Positions 24,377 to 33,489 of a stretch of DNA of 37,609 nucleotides are shown here, piece after piece. Made by a program: the position numbers and the translations under genes. Below the pieces are notes generated by a model. It was not told the origin of the DNA and searched no databases. It worked only from the letters and a program-made list of their open reading frames with translations. Location of the stretch: positions 1 through 37,609 of the IMG/VR virus record IMGVR_UViG_3300039000_000017; one strand, given 5' to 3'. The DNA is from a virus. Lineage: Duplodnaviria; Caudoviricetes. Numbering within the stretch: the stretch's first letter is position 1; every line of letters starts with the position of its first letter.

Positions 24377-25483
24377 ATGACAATGTTTTCTATGGCCGGT
24401 ACTACTCCCGACCGCACCCTCTCGATCATCTACGCGACGGGCGACACAGCCACCGTACCTGAAGTACACAGCCGTTTCGATGAACTGGTCACCCTGCTGC
24501 TCTCCGGTGCCGACGACGATGAGGTCAGCGATCTCGTAGACGTAATGCTGGCAGTCACCAAGCGACTTGAACAGCTGTCGGAACGTGTCAGCATCCGTGG
24601 CCGCTCGGTCTACTTCGACGGCGACCAGCTGCGCGGCGAGCTCTCCGACGTACTGGTTGAACTCTTCGAAGCTGGCAACCCGGAGTCCCTGCGACCCGTC
24701 GTCAACTTCCTTGAGAAGGCTGCGACCAACCCCTCGGGCAAGTCGATCGATGACCTGTACCGCTGGATCACCAAGGGCGACCTCATCATCCACGAGGACG
24801 GTGACTTCCTTGCATACAAGGGTACCCGTACGGGTCAGGACGGCCTGCGTACCTCCATCAGTGAGGGTACAGCCTTTGTCAACGGCGAGGAGTTCACGGG
24901 CCACATCCCCAACCCGGACGGTGCTGTCATCACTATGCCGCGTTCCGACGTGGATGACGATGAGGGTGTTGCATGTTCCACTGGACTGCACGCCGGTACC
25001 GCATCATACGCCTTCCGATTCGCCAACGATGACACCATTCTGGTGAAGATCAACCCGCGTGACGTGGTCTCGGTCCCCACTGACTCATCGGACCAGAAGC
25101 TCCGTGTCTGCCGCTACGTGGTGCATGAGGTGGTGGAGGCTCGTCAGGAAAGCCGTCTCTGGTTGGCTACCCCTTGGTCCGATGTCGCTACGGACGAAGA
25201 GGATGACTACGGCTTTGACGAGGATGGGGATGAGGGTGACGACTACGGCTACCTCACTGCTGAGGGACAGGAGGCCATGTACTCCGATGAGGCGTTGGAA
25301 GCACTTCGGCAGAAGCTCTCCGGTGAAGACCTTGAGTACCAGTACTCTGGCCTGACTGAGGCCCAGCTCGAAGAGCAGGATGCCGAGAATACGGTCATCC
25401 GAGACAGCAAGGGCCGGTTCACCCCGGAGAGTGCAGTCAAGGCGGTACGAAACAGTCGCGGACAGTTTACAAAACTGCCCTAG
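24377..25483 (+). CDS. RIIB-like protein
   Basis: DGDFLAYK...MPRSDVDDD..ACSTGLHAG...VKINPRDVVSVP..KLRVCRY. Confidence 0.88.
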   Translation: MTMFSMAGTTPDRTLSIIYATGDTATVPEVHSRFDELVTLLLSGADDDEVSDLVDVMLAVTKRLEQLSERVSIRGRSVYFDGDQLRGELSDVLVELFEAGNPESLRPVVNFLEKAATNPSGKSIDDLYRWITKGDLIIHEDGDFLAYKGTRTGQDGLRTSISEGTAFVNGEEFTGHIPNPDGAVITMPRSDVDDDEGVACSTGLHAGTASYAFRFANDDTILVKINPRDVVSVPTDSSDQKLRVCRYVVHEVVEARQESRLWLATPWSDVATDEEDDYGFDEDGDEGDDYGYLTAEGQEAMYSDEALEALRQKLSGEDLEYQYSGLTEAQLEEQDAENTVIRDSKGRFTPESAVKAVRNSRGQFTKLP

Positions 25484-25497
25484 CTAGGATACAGTAG

Positions 25498-25536
25498 AAG
25501 CACCACTCCTCCACAGAGGGGTGGTGCTTTTATTTT
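25498..25536 (+). terminator. Intrinsic terminator
   Basis: aagcaccactcctc / gaggggtggtgctt followed by ttatttt. Confidence 0.85.
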
Positions 25537-25558
25537 AATGTACTAACAAAGGAGTCAC

Positions 25559-26062
25559 ATGATCAACATCTACCAAGACATCGACGGCGTATTGAGCCCC
25601 TTCTCTAAAGGTGCACCCAGAGCCAACACCCTCTGGAAAGGAGAGTGGAGGACCGAACGCATAGCGGGCTTCCCTATGCTGTGGTCCGTGGAGCTCATCG
25701 ACGCACTCAACGCCCTTGATAGCCGCGAGGATGTCACCTTCAAATGGCTTACGTCATGGGAGGGAATGGCTGTCGACTCCTTTGCCCCTATTGTCGGTAT
25801 CGGAGCCCACTGGGATGTTCTGGGGTCTGATGGGGGTCAGGACGACCTCACCAAGTGGTGGAAGCTACGGGAGATTCGGAACGACCTTATTGATACGAAG
25901 CCAGAAAAAGCCATCTGGTTGGATGACGATATTAAATGGGATGTGGGTGGCAACAAATTTGTCAACGAGCAGGGCGACCGTCTGCTGGCGATAAACCCTA
26001 ACAAGAATCACGGGCTGACCTCAAAGCATATTCAGCAGATGCTCGCTTTCATTGGCAGCTAA
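25559..26062 (+). CDS. HAD-superfamily phosphatase (HAD_SAK-like)
   Basis: QDIDGVL, WLTSW, WWKL, WLDDD, GLT. Confidence 0.85.
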   Translation: MINIYQDIDGVLSPFSKGAPRANTLWKGEWRTERIAGFPMLWSVELIDALNALDSREDVTFKWLTSWEGMAVDSFAPIVGIGAHWDVLGSDGGQDDLTKWWKLREIRNDLIDTKPEKAIWLDDDIKWDVGGNKFVNEQGDRLLAINPNKNHGLTSKHIQQMLAFIGS

Positions 26063-26126
26063 CAGTGGCGACACGGTTTACTGATAGAATTAAGCGATAA
26101 TCTTTCGCAATTCTAAGGTCTCTCAG

Positions 26127-26672
26127 ATGGAACGTATCGGACAAGTCGGGCTCATCCCAGATGGCAAGGGATTTATCCCAGACCTTATCGACTGGGCGAC
26201 GCGGTCCACCGTATACCACGTCATCATAGCCATCTCGGAGACCGAATGTATCGGCGCGGAGCCGAATGGTGCCACCATCCGTCCGTTGTCTCGGTTCCCT
26301 AATGCGATCTGGTCCCAGTTCCCTCTTACTGCCGTACAGGCGCGTGACACCGCCGCATGGGCAGCTGCGCGTGAGGGACGACCATACAACTGGATCGATG
26401 ACGGGCTGATCGGGGTGCAGTGTATTAGCGGAATCATCTTCCCCAAATTCATCACCGACCGCTATGACAATGACGAGTCCTATGAGTGCGCCCAACTGGC
26501 GGATGCTGCCCTAACCAACGGTGCCAAGATCACCGTCTTTGACGACAACCGACCGCCCGGTACCGTCTATCCGGGATCTTTTGAGAAACTGTACCGTCAA
26601 AATGGCTGGTGGACCCGCCCGGACCTGCTACCGCACACACCGAGGGGGACTCCAGTACTCGCAAGGCTGTAG
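26127..26672 (+). CDS. Permuted papain-like NlpC/P60 (YiiX/YebB-like) hydrolase
   Basis: His (YHVII) precedes Cys (ECAQL); GRPYNW motif. Confidence 0.75.
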   Translation: MERIGQVGLIPDGKGFIPDLIDWATRSTVYHVIIAISETECIGAEPNGATIRPLSRFPNAIWSQFPLTAVQARDTAAWAAAREGRPYNWIDDGLIGVQCISGIIFPKFITDRYDNDESYECAQLADAALTNGAKITVFDDNRPPGTVYPGSFEKLYRQNGWWTRPDLLPHTPRGTPVLARL

Positions 26673-26674
26673 GC

Positions 26675-26703
26675 TTGACAGCTTCGTATAGCCAGTGTAT
26701 GGT
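26675..26703 (+). promoter_or_regulatory. SigA-like promoter
   Basis: TTGACA-17-TATGGT before tRNA-Cys. Confidence 0.65.
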
Positions 26704-26714
26704 AGAATTTATAT

Positions 26715-26786
26715 GGCGATGTGGTCCGGTGGGCTAGGCGGTCGGTTGCAACCCGACAGATATGGGTTCGATTCCCATCTTCGCCT
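26715..26786 (+). tRNA. tRNA-Cys(GCA)
   Basis: gtcgg-TT GCA AC-ccgac; U73 discriminator. Confidence 0.9.
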
Positions 26787-26852
26787 CAAATGGTTGTACT
26801 ACTGTGTATTTTATGATAATATTGACGTAACGATTCTAAGGAAGGATGACAA

Positions 26853-27353
26853 GTGAGTACTATTACATCATCGGCAATACGCGTGGATGTCATGAACGCG
26901 ACCTATGAGCCTCTGGGGGCTGCTAAGCTTTCGCGCGCACTGGCACTTGTCATCGAAGGTCGAGCCGTTATCGTAGAGTCCGATGACACACGGATGGTGC
27001 GCTCCATGGGTGTGGACTTCCCACTACCCAAGGTCATCCGTCTGCTCTCCGCCCTCAAGGTCCCTTTCTATACCGCCGAAGTCTATTTCTCCCGTGAAGG
27101 TCTGCTGGAGCGGGACCGTCGTAAGTGTGGATACTGTGGTGGGCTGGCCAATACTCACGACCACATTCTACCGAGGTCTCGCGGTGGAAGGGATGAGTGG
27201 ATGAACGCTATTGCTGCCTGTGGCCGGTGCAACAACCGCAAGGGCGATCGGACACCCGAAGAGGCCGGAATGCCTCTGCTGTTTAAGCCTACTATACCAA
27301 TGCGTGTGTACTTGAGGTCGGACAAGAAGCCACGCAGGAAAGTCCGCAACTAG
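26853..27353 (+). CDS. HNH endonuclease (McrA/HNH_5-like)
   Basis: NATYEPL...RDRRKCGYCG...DHILPRSRGG..W.N...ACGRCNNRKGDRTPEEAGM. Confidence 0.92.
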   Translation: MSTITSSAIRVDVMNATYEPLGAAKLSRALALVIEGRAVIVESDDTRMVRSMGVDFPLPKVIRLLSALKVPFYTAEVYFSREGLLERDRRKCGYCGGLANTHDHILPRSRGGRDEWMNAIAACGRCNNRKGDRTPEEAGMPLLFKPTIPMRVYLRSDKKPRRKVRN

Positions 27354-27360
27354 TTTTACC

Positions 27361-27433
27361 GCCTTTGTAGCTCAGTGGATAGAGCACGGTCCTCCGGAGA
27401 CCGGGGTCGGGAGTTCGATTCTCCCCAAGGGCA
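27361..27433 (+). tRNA. tRNA-Arg(CCG)
   Basis: cggtc-CT CCG GA-gaccg. Confidence 0.93.
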
Positions 27434-27461
27434 CGCACACAATGACGAAAGAGGAGCATAT

Positions 27462-27968
27462 ATGCTACAAATTAACGTAGGCTGTGGGGAATTCCGAGCC
27501 GAGGGTTGGCTCAACGTAGATATCTACAGCGGTGACGAAGGCCCACAGCCAGATATCATTGCATCCGCCGAGAACCTTCCGTTCTCCAACGGAGCTGTAG
27601 ATCGCCTCTACGCCGGACACGTACTGGAACACATCGAGCTGGAGACCGTTCCGGCGATCCTGCAGGAATTTTACCGAGTCTTGAAGCCTTCTGGCGGCAT
27701 GCTGATCGTCGGCCCGGACCTCGACCGAGCCGAGGCATCGTTCCCGGAGGAAGTTGAGGTCATCAAGACAGGTGGCCATCGCTGGCCGGGAGATGCCCAT
27801 CTCTGGGATAGCCGTGGATCCACGATGCTGGATCTCTTGAGGGATACCGGCTTCGACGTGGCGGAGGCTGAGATTTTGCCAGTGTTTCTGGGAGGGCAGT
27901 GGCCCGTCACCAGTGGTATTGGCTGGCAGTTTGCAATTTTTGCAACGAAGATACCTGAAGCTTCCTAA
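27462..27968 (+). CDS. Class I SAM-dependent methyltransferase
   Basis: INVGCG, NLPF, HVLEH, RVLKPSG; gaggag RBS. Confidence 0.9.
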   Translation: MLQINVGCGEFRAEGWLNVDIYSGDEGPQPDIIASAENLPFSNGAVDRLYAGHVLEHIELETVPAILQEFYRVLKPSGGMLIVGPDLDRAEASFPEEVEVIKTGGHRWPGDAHLWDSRGSTMLDLLRDTGFDVAEAEILPVFLGGQWPVTSGIGWQFAIFATKIPEAS

Positions 27969-27999
27969 GTGGGCTCTGAATCCCCCCGGAAGTTCCCAT

Positions 28000-28038
28000 A
28001 AAAATACCCCGTTGAATACAATTCAACGGGGTATTTCT
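28000..28038. terminator. Bidirectional terminator between convergent genes
   Basis: aaaaataccccgttgaat / attcaacggggtatttct. Confidence 0.8.
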
Positions 28039-28046
28039 ATGCCCAA

Positions 28047-29075
28047 TTACTTCTGCAGGGCGAGCCAAGCCTTTGCTGCATTCTTCAGGTAGGAGGGCAG
28101 GCTGGCGCGGACGAGTGCGCGTTCCAGTGCCGCGATCAGGTTTCTGTGTGCCTGATCAACCGGATCCACCACAGGTGTCGGAGCCGGTACGGGCGTAGGT
28201 GTTGGGGCCGGAGTAGGGGTCGGTGTGGGTGCAGGTGCTGGGGCCGGTGCAGGCGGGGTGACGGGAAGAGGGAGGTCACTGCCTGTCAGGCTCTTGAACA
28301 ACCCCGCTAGCGTCGGCAGGTCGATGCCCATGAGGAACGACTTGTCCTTGAGCATTTCCGGCCAGATGATTACCCACGCCTCATCCTCTTGCTGGCTGAT
28401 GAATCCGCGTGTCATGGCAACGTCCTTGGCCCACGTGACGATGTCTACGCGGTCTGCAGCGGTCCCTGCGGGGTCGTTGTACTTCCCGGCCATCACAGCG
28501 TGCCCACCCCAGTCAGCGGAGCCTGAGACGTAGTCCCAGACCTGCTGGTGCTGCTGGGCGGTCTTAAGTGTCAGGCCGAGGAGGATGCCACCGAAGAGGG
28601 CGATGGCCTTGTCCAGTGTGTCCATATCGCCCGGTGCAATTTTGGCGAATGCAACCGGCTTGACACCGCCGATGCCATCCTTCATCAGTGCCTCAAGCAT
28701 GGCCTGCATGTCCACGCCGTTGTCATCCTGTGCAGGATCGGTGTCAGAGAGGTTCGGATCAAACTTCGGGTTCCCGGAGCGGCGGTAGAGGTCAAAAATG
28801 TCAGCGAGCGCCGGAGCCTGCTCTGCCCCGAGCAGTGCCGAGGTCACAAGGCGACGGTGATTGGCAACTGAGGTAGGACCACAGGTACCGAATTTGTCAT
28901 TGGCCCCCAGCTCCCAGCCCGTGGCCTGAGAGAAGTGGTCAACGAAGGTCGGAACTGTCGGGGTCGTCCCGGTCAGGAACTCACGAAGCATGAGGGCAGG
29001 CTTGTTGGAAGGCTCGCGCTTCCCAAGCTTGACATCGGCATCGATCGGCAGTTCAACATCTTCAAAAGTGAGCAT
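28047..29075 (-). CDS. Papain-like (C1-type) cysteine peptidase with a Pro-rich linker
   Basis: NDKFGTCGPTS, DNGVD, GGHAV, IVTW. Confidence 0.75.
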   Translation of the reverse strand: MLTFEDVELPIDADVKLGKREPSNKPALMLREFLTGTTPTVPTFVDHFSQATGWELGANDKFGTCGPTSVANHRRLVTSALLGAEQAPALADIFDLYRRSGNPKFDPNLSDTDPAQDDNGVDMQAMLEALMKDGIGGVKPVAFAKIAPGDMDTLDKAIALFGGILLGLTLKTAQQHQQVWDYVSGSADWGGHAVMAGKYNDPAGTAADRVDIVTWAKDVAMTRGFISQQEDEAWVIIWPEMLKDKSFLMGIDLPTLAGLFKSLTGSDLPLPVTPPAPAPAPAPTPTPTPAPTPTPVPAPTPVVDPVDQAHRNLIAALERALVRASLPSYLKNAAKAWLALQK

Positions 29076-29135
29076 GGGTATCTTTCTAACGAGTTTTGTA
29101 GTACTGTATTGATTATAGACGGGGAATCTGAGAGC

Positions 29136-30467
29136 TTACTCGAAGTCCATGAACTTAATCTTGCCGTTCCGGGTCAGGAACGTAACAGCCGAGGGGTTGC
29201 CCACCAAGCCTGTACGGTGCCGGAAGTAGGTGGATTCCTTCTCGAAGGCAGGCGTCCGGACCATGTGCTTGAAGTTCTGCTGCTCATATACGCCGGAGTG
29301 GAGGTGTCCGCAGATGAGGATGTCCGCTGTACCGGGCTCGTGATCGCCCCAGTGCTGTCCGCGCCACCAGTCCCAGTGTTTTCCGCGTGCCCATTGGTGG
29401 CCGTGTGCGTGGGTGATCACAGAGCCTGCAATCTCCACAGTGGTGGTAAGTTCGTCAAAGGGGACAACCTCACACTTGACATGTCCGAAGGCCTCAGGAT
29501 TGAAGCTAAGAGCCTCTGAGACAGCCACCAGAGCATCTACCGCCCAAGAGTCGGAGAAGTCCGTGGCGACCGGCTCACGCTGTGCCTCATCGTGGTTTCC
29601 GGGTACCGAGACGACGCGGAGATCATCGGTCAGCGGGGCAAAGGCCTTGATTGTCTCGGTCATGAGGAGACGGAGGAGCTTGGCCTGCTGCGTAGTACTA
29701 AGCTCTGTCCGGCGAGCATTCTTCCCGCCCTGCGAGACCATGCCTTCGATGCAGTCGCCGACCCACGAAATGAGGATCGTTTTGTACATGTTCCGGAGCT
29801 CGTAAGCCTTGTTGACGGCCAGCTGCAGGGATTCCCGGTATCGTTTGACGATTCCCTCGGTGCCATCAGCGTCCGACTTACCCAGCTGCAAGTCACCAGC
29901 GGCGAAGACAAAGGCGTAGTCACCGTCGGAAACAACCGAATCATGTGGGACAACATTCTTGACAAGATCCAGAAGGTAGGAGATATCCTGAACGGATGTC
30001 TTTTTCCGGATCCGGAACTTGTAGGCGGTGAGATACTCGCCATCGAACGTCTGCCACTTGGAGAGGCGGGCCGGTCCTTCAATCTCAAACTCTTCGGAAT
30101 CAATGTTGAAGTCTTCGAGAATCTGAGAGAAGTCCGTGAGCTTATCACTCTTCTGCGGTGTTGTGGTGACCTCTCCAGTGTCTCCATCGAGATCTACGCG
30201 GGCCTCCCAGCCCTTGGGGGCCTTTGCGTATGTGGTAGTGGAGACCACGGGCTCCTCATTGTCCTGCTTGCTGTGGAACTTGAGGTGATTTGACAAAGCA
30301 TCGGGTGATATTGATATATTGTAATCAGTACGCATGTTGCGGGAGATCTCGGCATACCCTAGGCCGGTATCAAACCAGTCATGGATGGCATTTGCGATAC
30401 TGTTTCGAAGATTGCAGGTAATGCACTGTGAATGGTAATCAAACAGTGTCGATTTTTCTTTCGTCAT
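29136..30467 (-). CDS. Calcineurin-like metallophosphoesterase with an N-terminal CxxC/HTH region
   Basis: GDLQLGK, GDCIEG, PGNHD, HAHGH, GHLH. Confidence 0.88.
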   Translation of the reverse strand: MTKEKSTLFDYHSQCITCNLRNSIANAIHDWFDTGLGYAEISRNMRTDYNISISPDALSNHLKFHSKQDNEEPVVSTTTYAKAPKGWEARVDLDGDTGEVTTTPQKSDKLTDFSQILEDFNIDSEEFEIEGPARLSKWQTFDGEYLTAYKFRIRKKTSVQDISYLLDLVKNVVPHDSVVSDGDYAFVFAAGDLQLGKSDADGTEGIVKRYRESLQLAVNKAYELRNMYKTILISWVGDCIEGMVSQGGKNARRTELSTTQQAKLLRLLMTETIKAFAPLTDDLRVVSVPGNHDEAQREPVATDFSDSWAVDALVAVSEALSFNPEAFGHVKCEVVPFDELTTTVEIAGSVITHAHGHQWARGKHWDWWRGQHWGDHEPGTADILICGHLHSGVYEQQNFKHMVRTPAFEKESTYFRHRTGLVGNPSAVTFLTRNGKIKFMDFE

Positions 30468-30509
30468 ACTGGGTATACTATCACGTTTTCATGTGTTAGT
30501 ATAGTTTCC

Positions 30510-30797
30510 ATGCCGAATTTGACATTGACATCCGACTCATCCGCAATTACTGCAACACTAGTATCATCTGTAGTTGATATGGTGAACCACCCGCCCCACT
30601 ACAACGGACACCCCAAAGGCTTTGAAGCCATCGATATCATCGAAGACAACACCTTCCTGAATCTTGGAAACGCTATGAAGTATCTCTGGCGTGTGTCGTG
30701 GGGCAGCAAGGGCAGGGACATCGAAGACATGAATAAGGCCATCTGGCACATCCAGCGGGAGATCACCCGCCGCATCAAGAACGGGCTGAACAAGTAA
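30510..30797 (+). CDS. DUF3310 protein (T7 gp1.7-like nucleotide kinase)
   Basis: DMVNHPPHY...EAIDII...GNAMKYLWR...KG...EDMNKAIW; start uncertain. Confidence 0.85.
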   Translation: MPNLTLTSDSSAITATLVSSVVDMVNHPPHYNGHPKGFEAIDIIEDNTFLNLGNAMKYLWRVSWGSKGRDIEDMNKAIWHIQREITRRIKNGLNK

Positions 30798-31015
30798 TGG
30801 CCTATACACCAGACGGAAACATCCAAAACTACAAAGCAACCGTAACTCTCAACTGGTCCAGCGAAGTCTTCGAGGGGGATCCGGATGACGTCTTCGAGTT
30901 GGCGGCTCTGGAGGAGAAGTTCCTCGCCGCTGTGTTGGATACCGCTGCCATCGCCTTGAACCCTGTAGATGCTGTCTTCGACATCGTCTCCATCGAACCC
31001 GTACTGGAGCCCTAG
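30797..31015 (+). CDS. Hypothetical protein
   Basis: TAATG coupling to the upstream gene. Confidence 0.7.
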   Translation: MAYTPDGNIQNYKATVTLNWSSEVFEGDPDDVFELAALEEKFLAAVLDTAAIALNPVDAVFDIVSIEPVLEP

Positions 31016-32073
31016 TGAAGGTCCTAGCACTTTCCGCCGATCAAGGTGGATGCAACTTCTATCGTATCGGCGAGCCATCACGTGTCGCCAAGGCTTTGGG
31101 TGTCGAAGTCATGAACGAAACCGAAGTTATGGTGGAAGCCACTGTTGACCAGAGCACCAACATGACTACTGTGCATGAGATCAAGACGGATGCTGACCTG
31201 ATCATCCTCCAGCGTCCCATGGACAACGCGTTCACCTCGCTCATCGAGCAGGCCAAGCGCCAAGGCATTGCCACCATCGTGGAGCTGGATGATGACTTCC
31301 ACTCCATCCACAGAAAGAATATGGCCTACGACATCATCAACGGCAAAAAGGACATGGGACCACAGTGGATCGCTGCTGCGGCTCGTGCTGCTGACCATGT
31401 CACCGTATCCACGACGGCGCTAGCTAAGTACGCACCACACGGTAGGTACACGGTGCTGCGTAACTGTGTCCCTGAGTCTATCTTCGACATCAATGTCAAC
31501 GTCCCTGCAGGCGACAAGCCGGTCATCGGCTGGACGGGCACAGTACAGACCCACCCCGTGGATCTTCTCGCCCCTAGAGGTGTCATCGGCCTTTTGGTTG
31601 AAGAGAACCGTCTCGCCGTAGGGATCGTTGGTGATGGCGGAAGCGTTCGGGAACATCTAGGACTTCACTCGAATACAATCATGAGCGTCACAGGTTGGGT
31701 CGATCTGGAAGATTACTACGCCACCATTGCATCCACAATGAATATCGGCGTGGTCCCACTGGAAATCTCCGCCTTCAATCAGGCAAAATCAAGCATCAAG
31801 GGCTTGGAGATGGCCGCGCTGGGTATCCCCTTCATTGCTACCCCCACACGGGAGTACGAACTGCTTGAGATACATGGTGTCGGGAAGACAGCAAAGTCTC
31901 CCGGGCAGTGGCGCAAACACCTACAGCGATGGCTTGATCGTCCTTCTGAGATGGAGAGAAATCTCGAACAGTATCAATCGGTGATAAAATCGGAGATGAC
32001 CTACGAAATTAACGGTATGGATTGGGTCGACACTTGGCAACGTGCCATCGACTACAGAAAGTCTCAGATATGA
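31015..32073 (+). CDS. Glycosyltransferase (GT-B fold)
   Basis: GCNFYR, LQR, ELDDDF, IGWTG, PL..SAFN.AKS.IKGLE.AALGIP. Confidence 0.87.
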   Translation: MKVLALSADQGGCNFYRIGEPSRVAKALGVEVMNETEVMVEATVDQSTNMTTVHEIKTDADLIILQRPMDNAFTSLIEQAKRQGIATIVELDDDFHSIHRKNMAYDIINGKKDMGPQWIAAAARAADHVTVSTTALAKYAPHGRYTVLRNCVPESIFDINVNVPAGDKPVIGWTGTVQTHPVDLLAPRGVIGLLVEENRLAVGIVGDGGSVREHLGLHSNTIMSVTGWVDLEDYYATIASTMNIGVVPLEISAFNQAKSSIKGLEMAALGIPFIATPTREYELLEIHGVGKTAKSPGQWRKHLQRWLDRPSEMERNLEQYQSVIKSEMTYEINGMDWVDTWQRAIDYRKSQI

Positions 32074-32315
32074 ACTCCGAAGAACTGATCTCCTTCTTGC
32101 AGAAGAACCCTGCCGACGAGGTCTTGCTGGCTCATGACGCGGAGGGCAACAGCTTCTCTTCCATCGATGAGGTCTCCCATGCCCACGTGCTAAAGGACTA
32201 CGCCGGAGGGATCACCGAAGAGGTGTTTGACGCTGAGGATCTTATCGATGAGAACGACCCGGACGAGGCAGTACTCGCCCACTTCAAGCCGGTAGTCGTC
32301 ATCTATCCAGCTTAG
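32070..32315 (+). CDS. Hypothetical protein
   Basis: ATGA overlap; MNSEELISFLQ...DAEGNSFS. Confidence 0.75.
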   Translation: MNSEELISFLQKNPADEVLLAHDAEGNSFSSIDEVSHAHVLKDYAGGITEEVFDAEDLIDENDPDEAVLAHFKPVVVIYPA

Positions 32316-32351
32316 GGTTGGTAGTCTGCGAAAAGATTTTTTCGATAGGTG

Positions 32352-32380
32352 TTGACAGAAAATTTTTGAGGGTCTAAGCT
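32352..32380 (+). promoter_or_regulatory. SigA-like promoter
   Basis: TTGACA-17-TAAGCT. Confidence 0.7.
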
Positions 32381-32424
32381 ATTAATAAGAGCAAGGCACA
32401 CACTCAAGAAAAGGAACAAACACC

Positions 32425-33381
32425 ATGGCACATGAGCTGGAAATCAAAGCAGACGGAAAAGCAAGCATGTTCTCCGGCGAAGGCAAGACCCCTTGGCACG
32501 GACTTGGCGAAGTGATCACAGGGCTGGCGACTGCCGCAGAAGCGCTGGAATACGCCGGACTCGATTGGGCAGTCGAAAAGCAGCCCATCTTCTTCGGCGA
32601 GGACAAGGCCGGATTCCCGGGCCGATTCGCCACAGTCCGCGTCACGGATCAGAAGCCGCTCGGCATCGTCTCCGATGGCTACCACATCTTCCAGAACACC
32701 GAAGCCTTTGACTTCTTTGATGCAGTCACGGACAACGGTACTGGAGAAGCGCAGTACACGGCAGCTGGATCACTATTCGGAGGTCAGCGGGTCTTCCTGA
32801 CCGCCAAGATCGGTGACACCTTCGAGGTGGCTGGTCAGGACGCCCACGACATGTACCTACTGATCACCAACTCCCACGACGGTACACAGGCATTCACTGC
32901 CGCGATCACCACGATCCGCGCCGTCTGCAATAACACCGTCACCCTCGGCCTGAATTCGGCAAAGACCAAGTGGTCCATCCGCCACAAGTCTTCGCTCGAA
33001 GGCAAGGTCACTGAGGCCCGTGAGTCCCTGAAGATGTCCTACACCTACAAGGACGCCTTCGAAGCAGAGGTAGAGAAGATGATGCAGGTTCAGGTCGACA
33101 AGGATGAGTTCAAGAAGATCATCGAAGGCATCGTCCCCGCTGCGAAGTTCCAGCACGACAAGGCGGTTTCCGGCCTTATGGACGTGTTTGAGAACGAGCG
33201 CACCGTCACCGAGACCGAAGCGAACGGCACCGGCTGGGGCGCTTACAACGCAGTCACCTACTGGACCGACTGGGTACGCAACTACCAGACGCCGGACTCC
33301 CGTTTCAAGTCCCTTGTCTACGCAGGTTTCGCCGAGAAGCTGCGCGACAAGGCACACAGCAAGATCCTCGCCCTTGGCTAG
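32425..33381 (+). CDS. DUF932 protein (phage/plasmid-like, TIGR03299 type)
   Basis: PWHGLG, AGLDW.V, NSHDG, TIRAVCNNT, GTGWGAYNAVT. Confidence 0.92.
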   Translation: MAHELEIKADGKASMFSGEGKTPWHGLGEVITGLATAAEALEYAGLDWAVEKQPIFFGEDKAGFPGRFATVRVTDQKPLGIVSDGYHIFQNTEAFDFFDAVTDNGTGEAQYTAAGSLFGGQRVFLTAKIGDTFEVAGQDAHDMYLLITNSHDGTQAFTAAITTIRAVCNNTVTLGLNSAKTKWSIRHKSSLEGKVTEARESLKMSYTYKDAFEAEVEKMMQVQVDKDEFKKIIEGIVPAAKFQHDKAVSGLMDVFENERTVTETEANGTGWGAYNAVTYWTDWVRNYQTPDSRFKSLVYAGFAEKLRDKAHSKILALG

Positions 33382-33391
33382 GGGTTAGATG

Positions 33392-33433
33392 GCGGCAGGG
33401 CACCACTAAACACGGTGTCCTGCCGCTTTTCTT
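33392..33433 (+). terminator. Intrinsic terminator
   Basis: gcggcagggcacc / ggtgtcctgccgc followed by ttttctt. Confidence 0.85.
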
Positions 33434-33489
33434 GTGGCTGTCCATGATAGAATAAAGTAATACACTTACGCCTTATTCTTAGGACAGCC

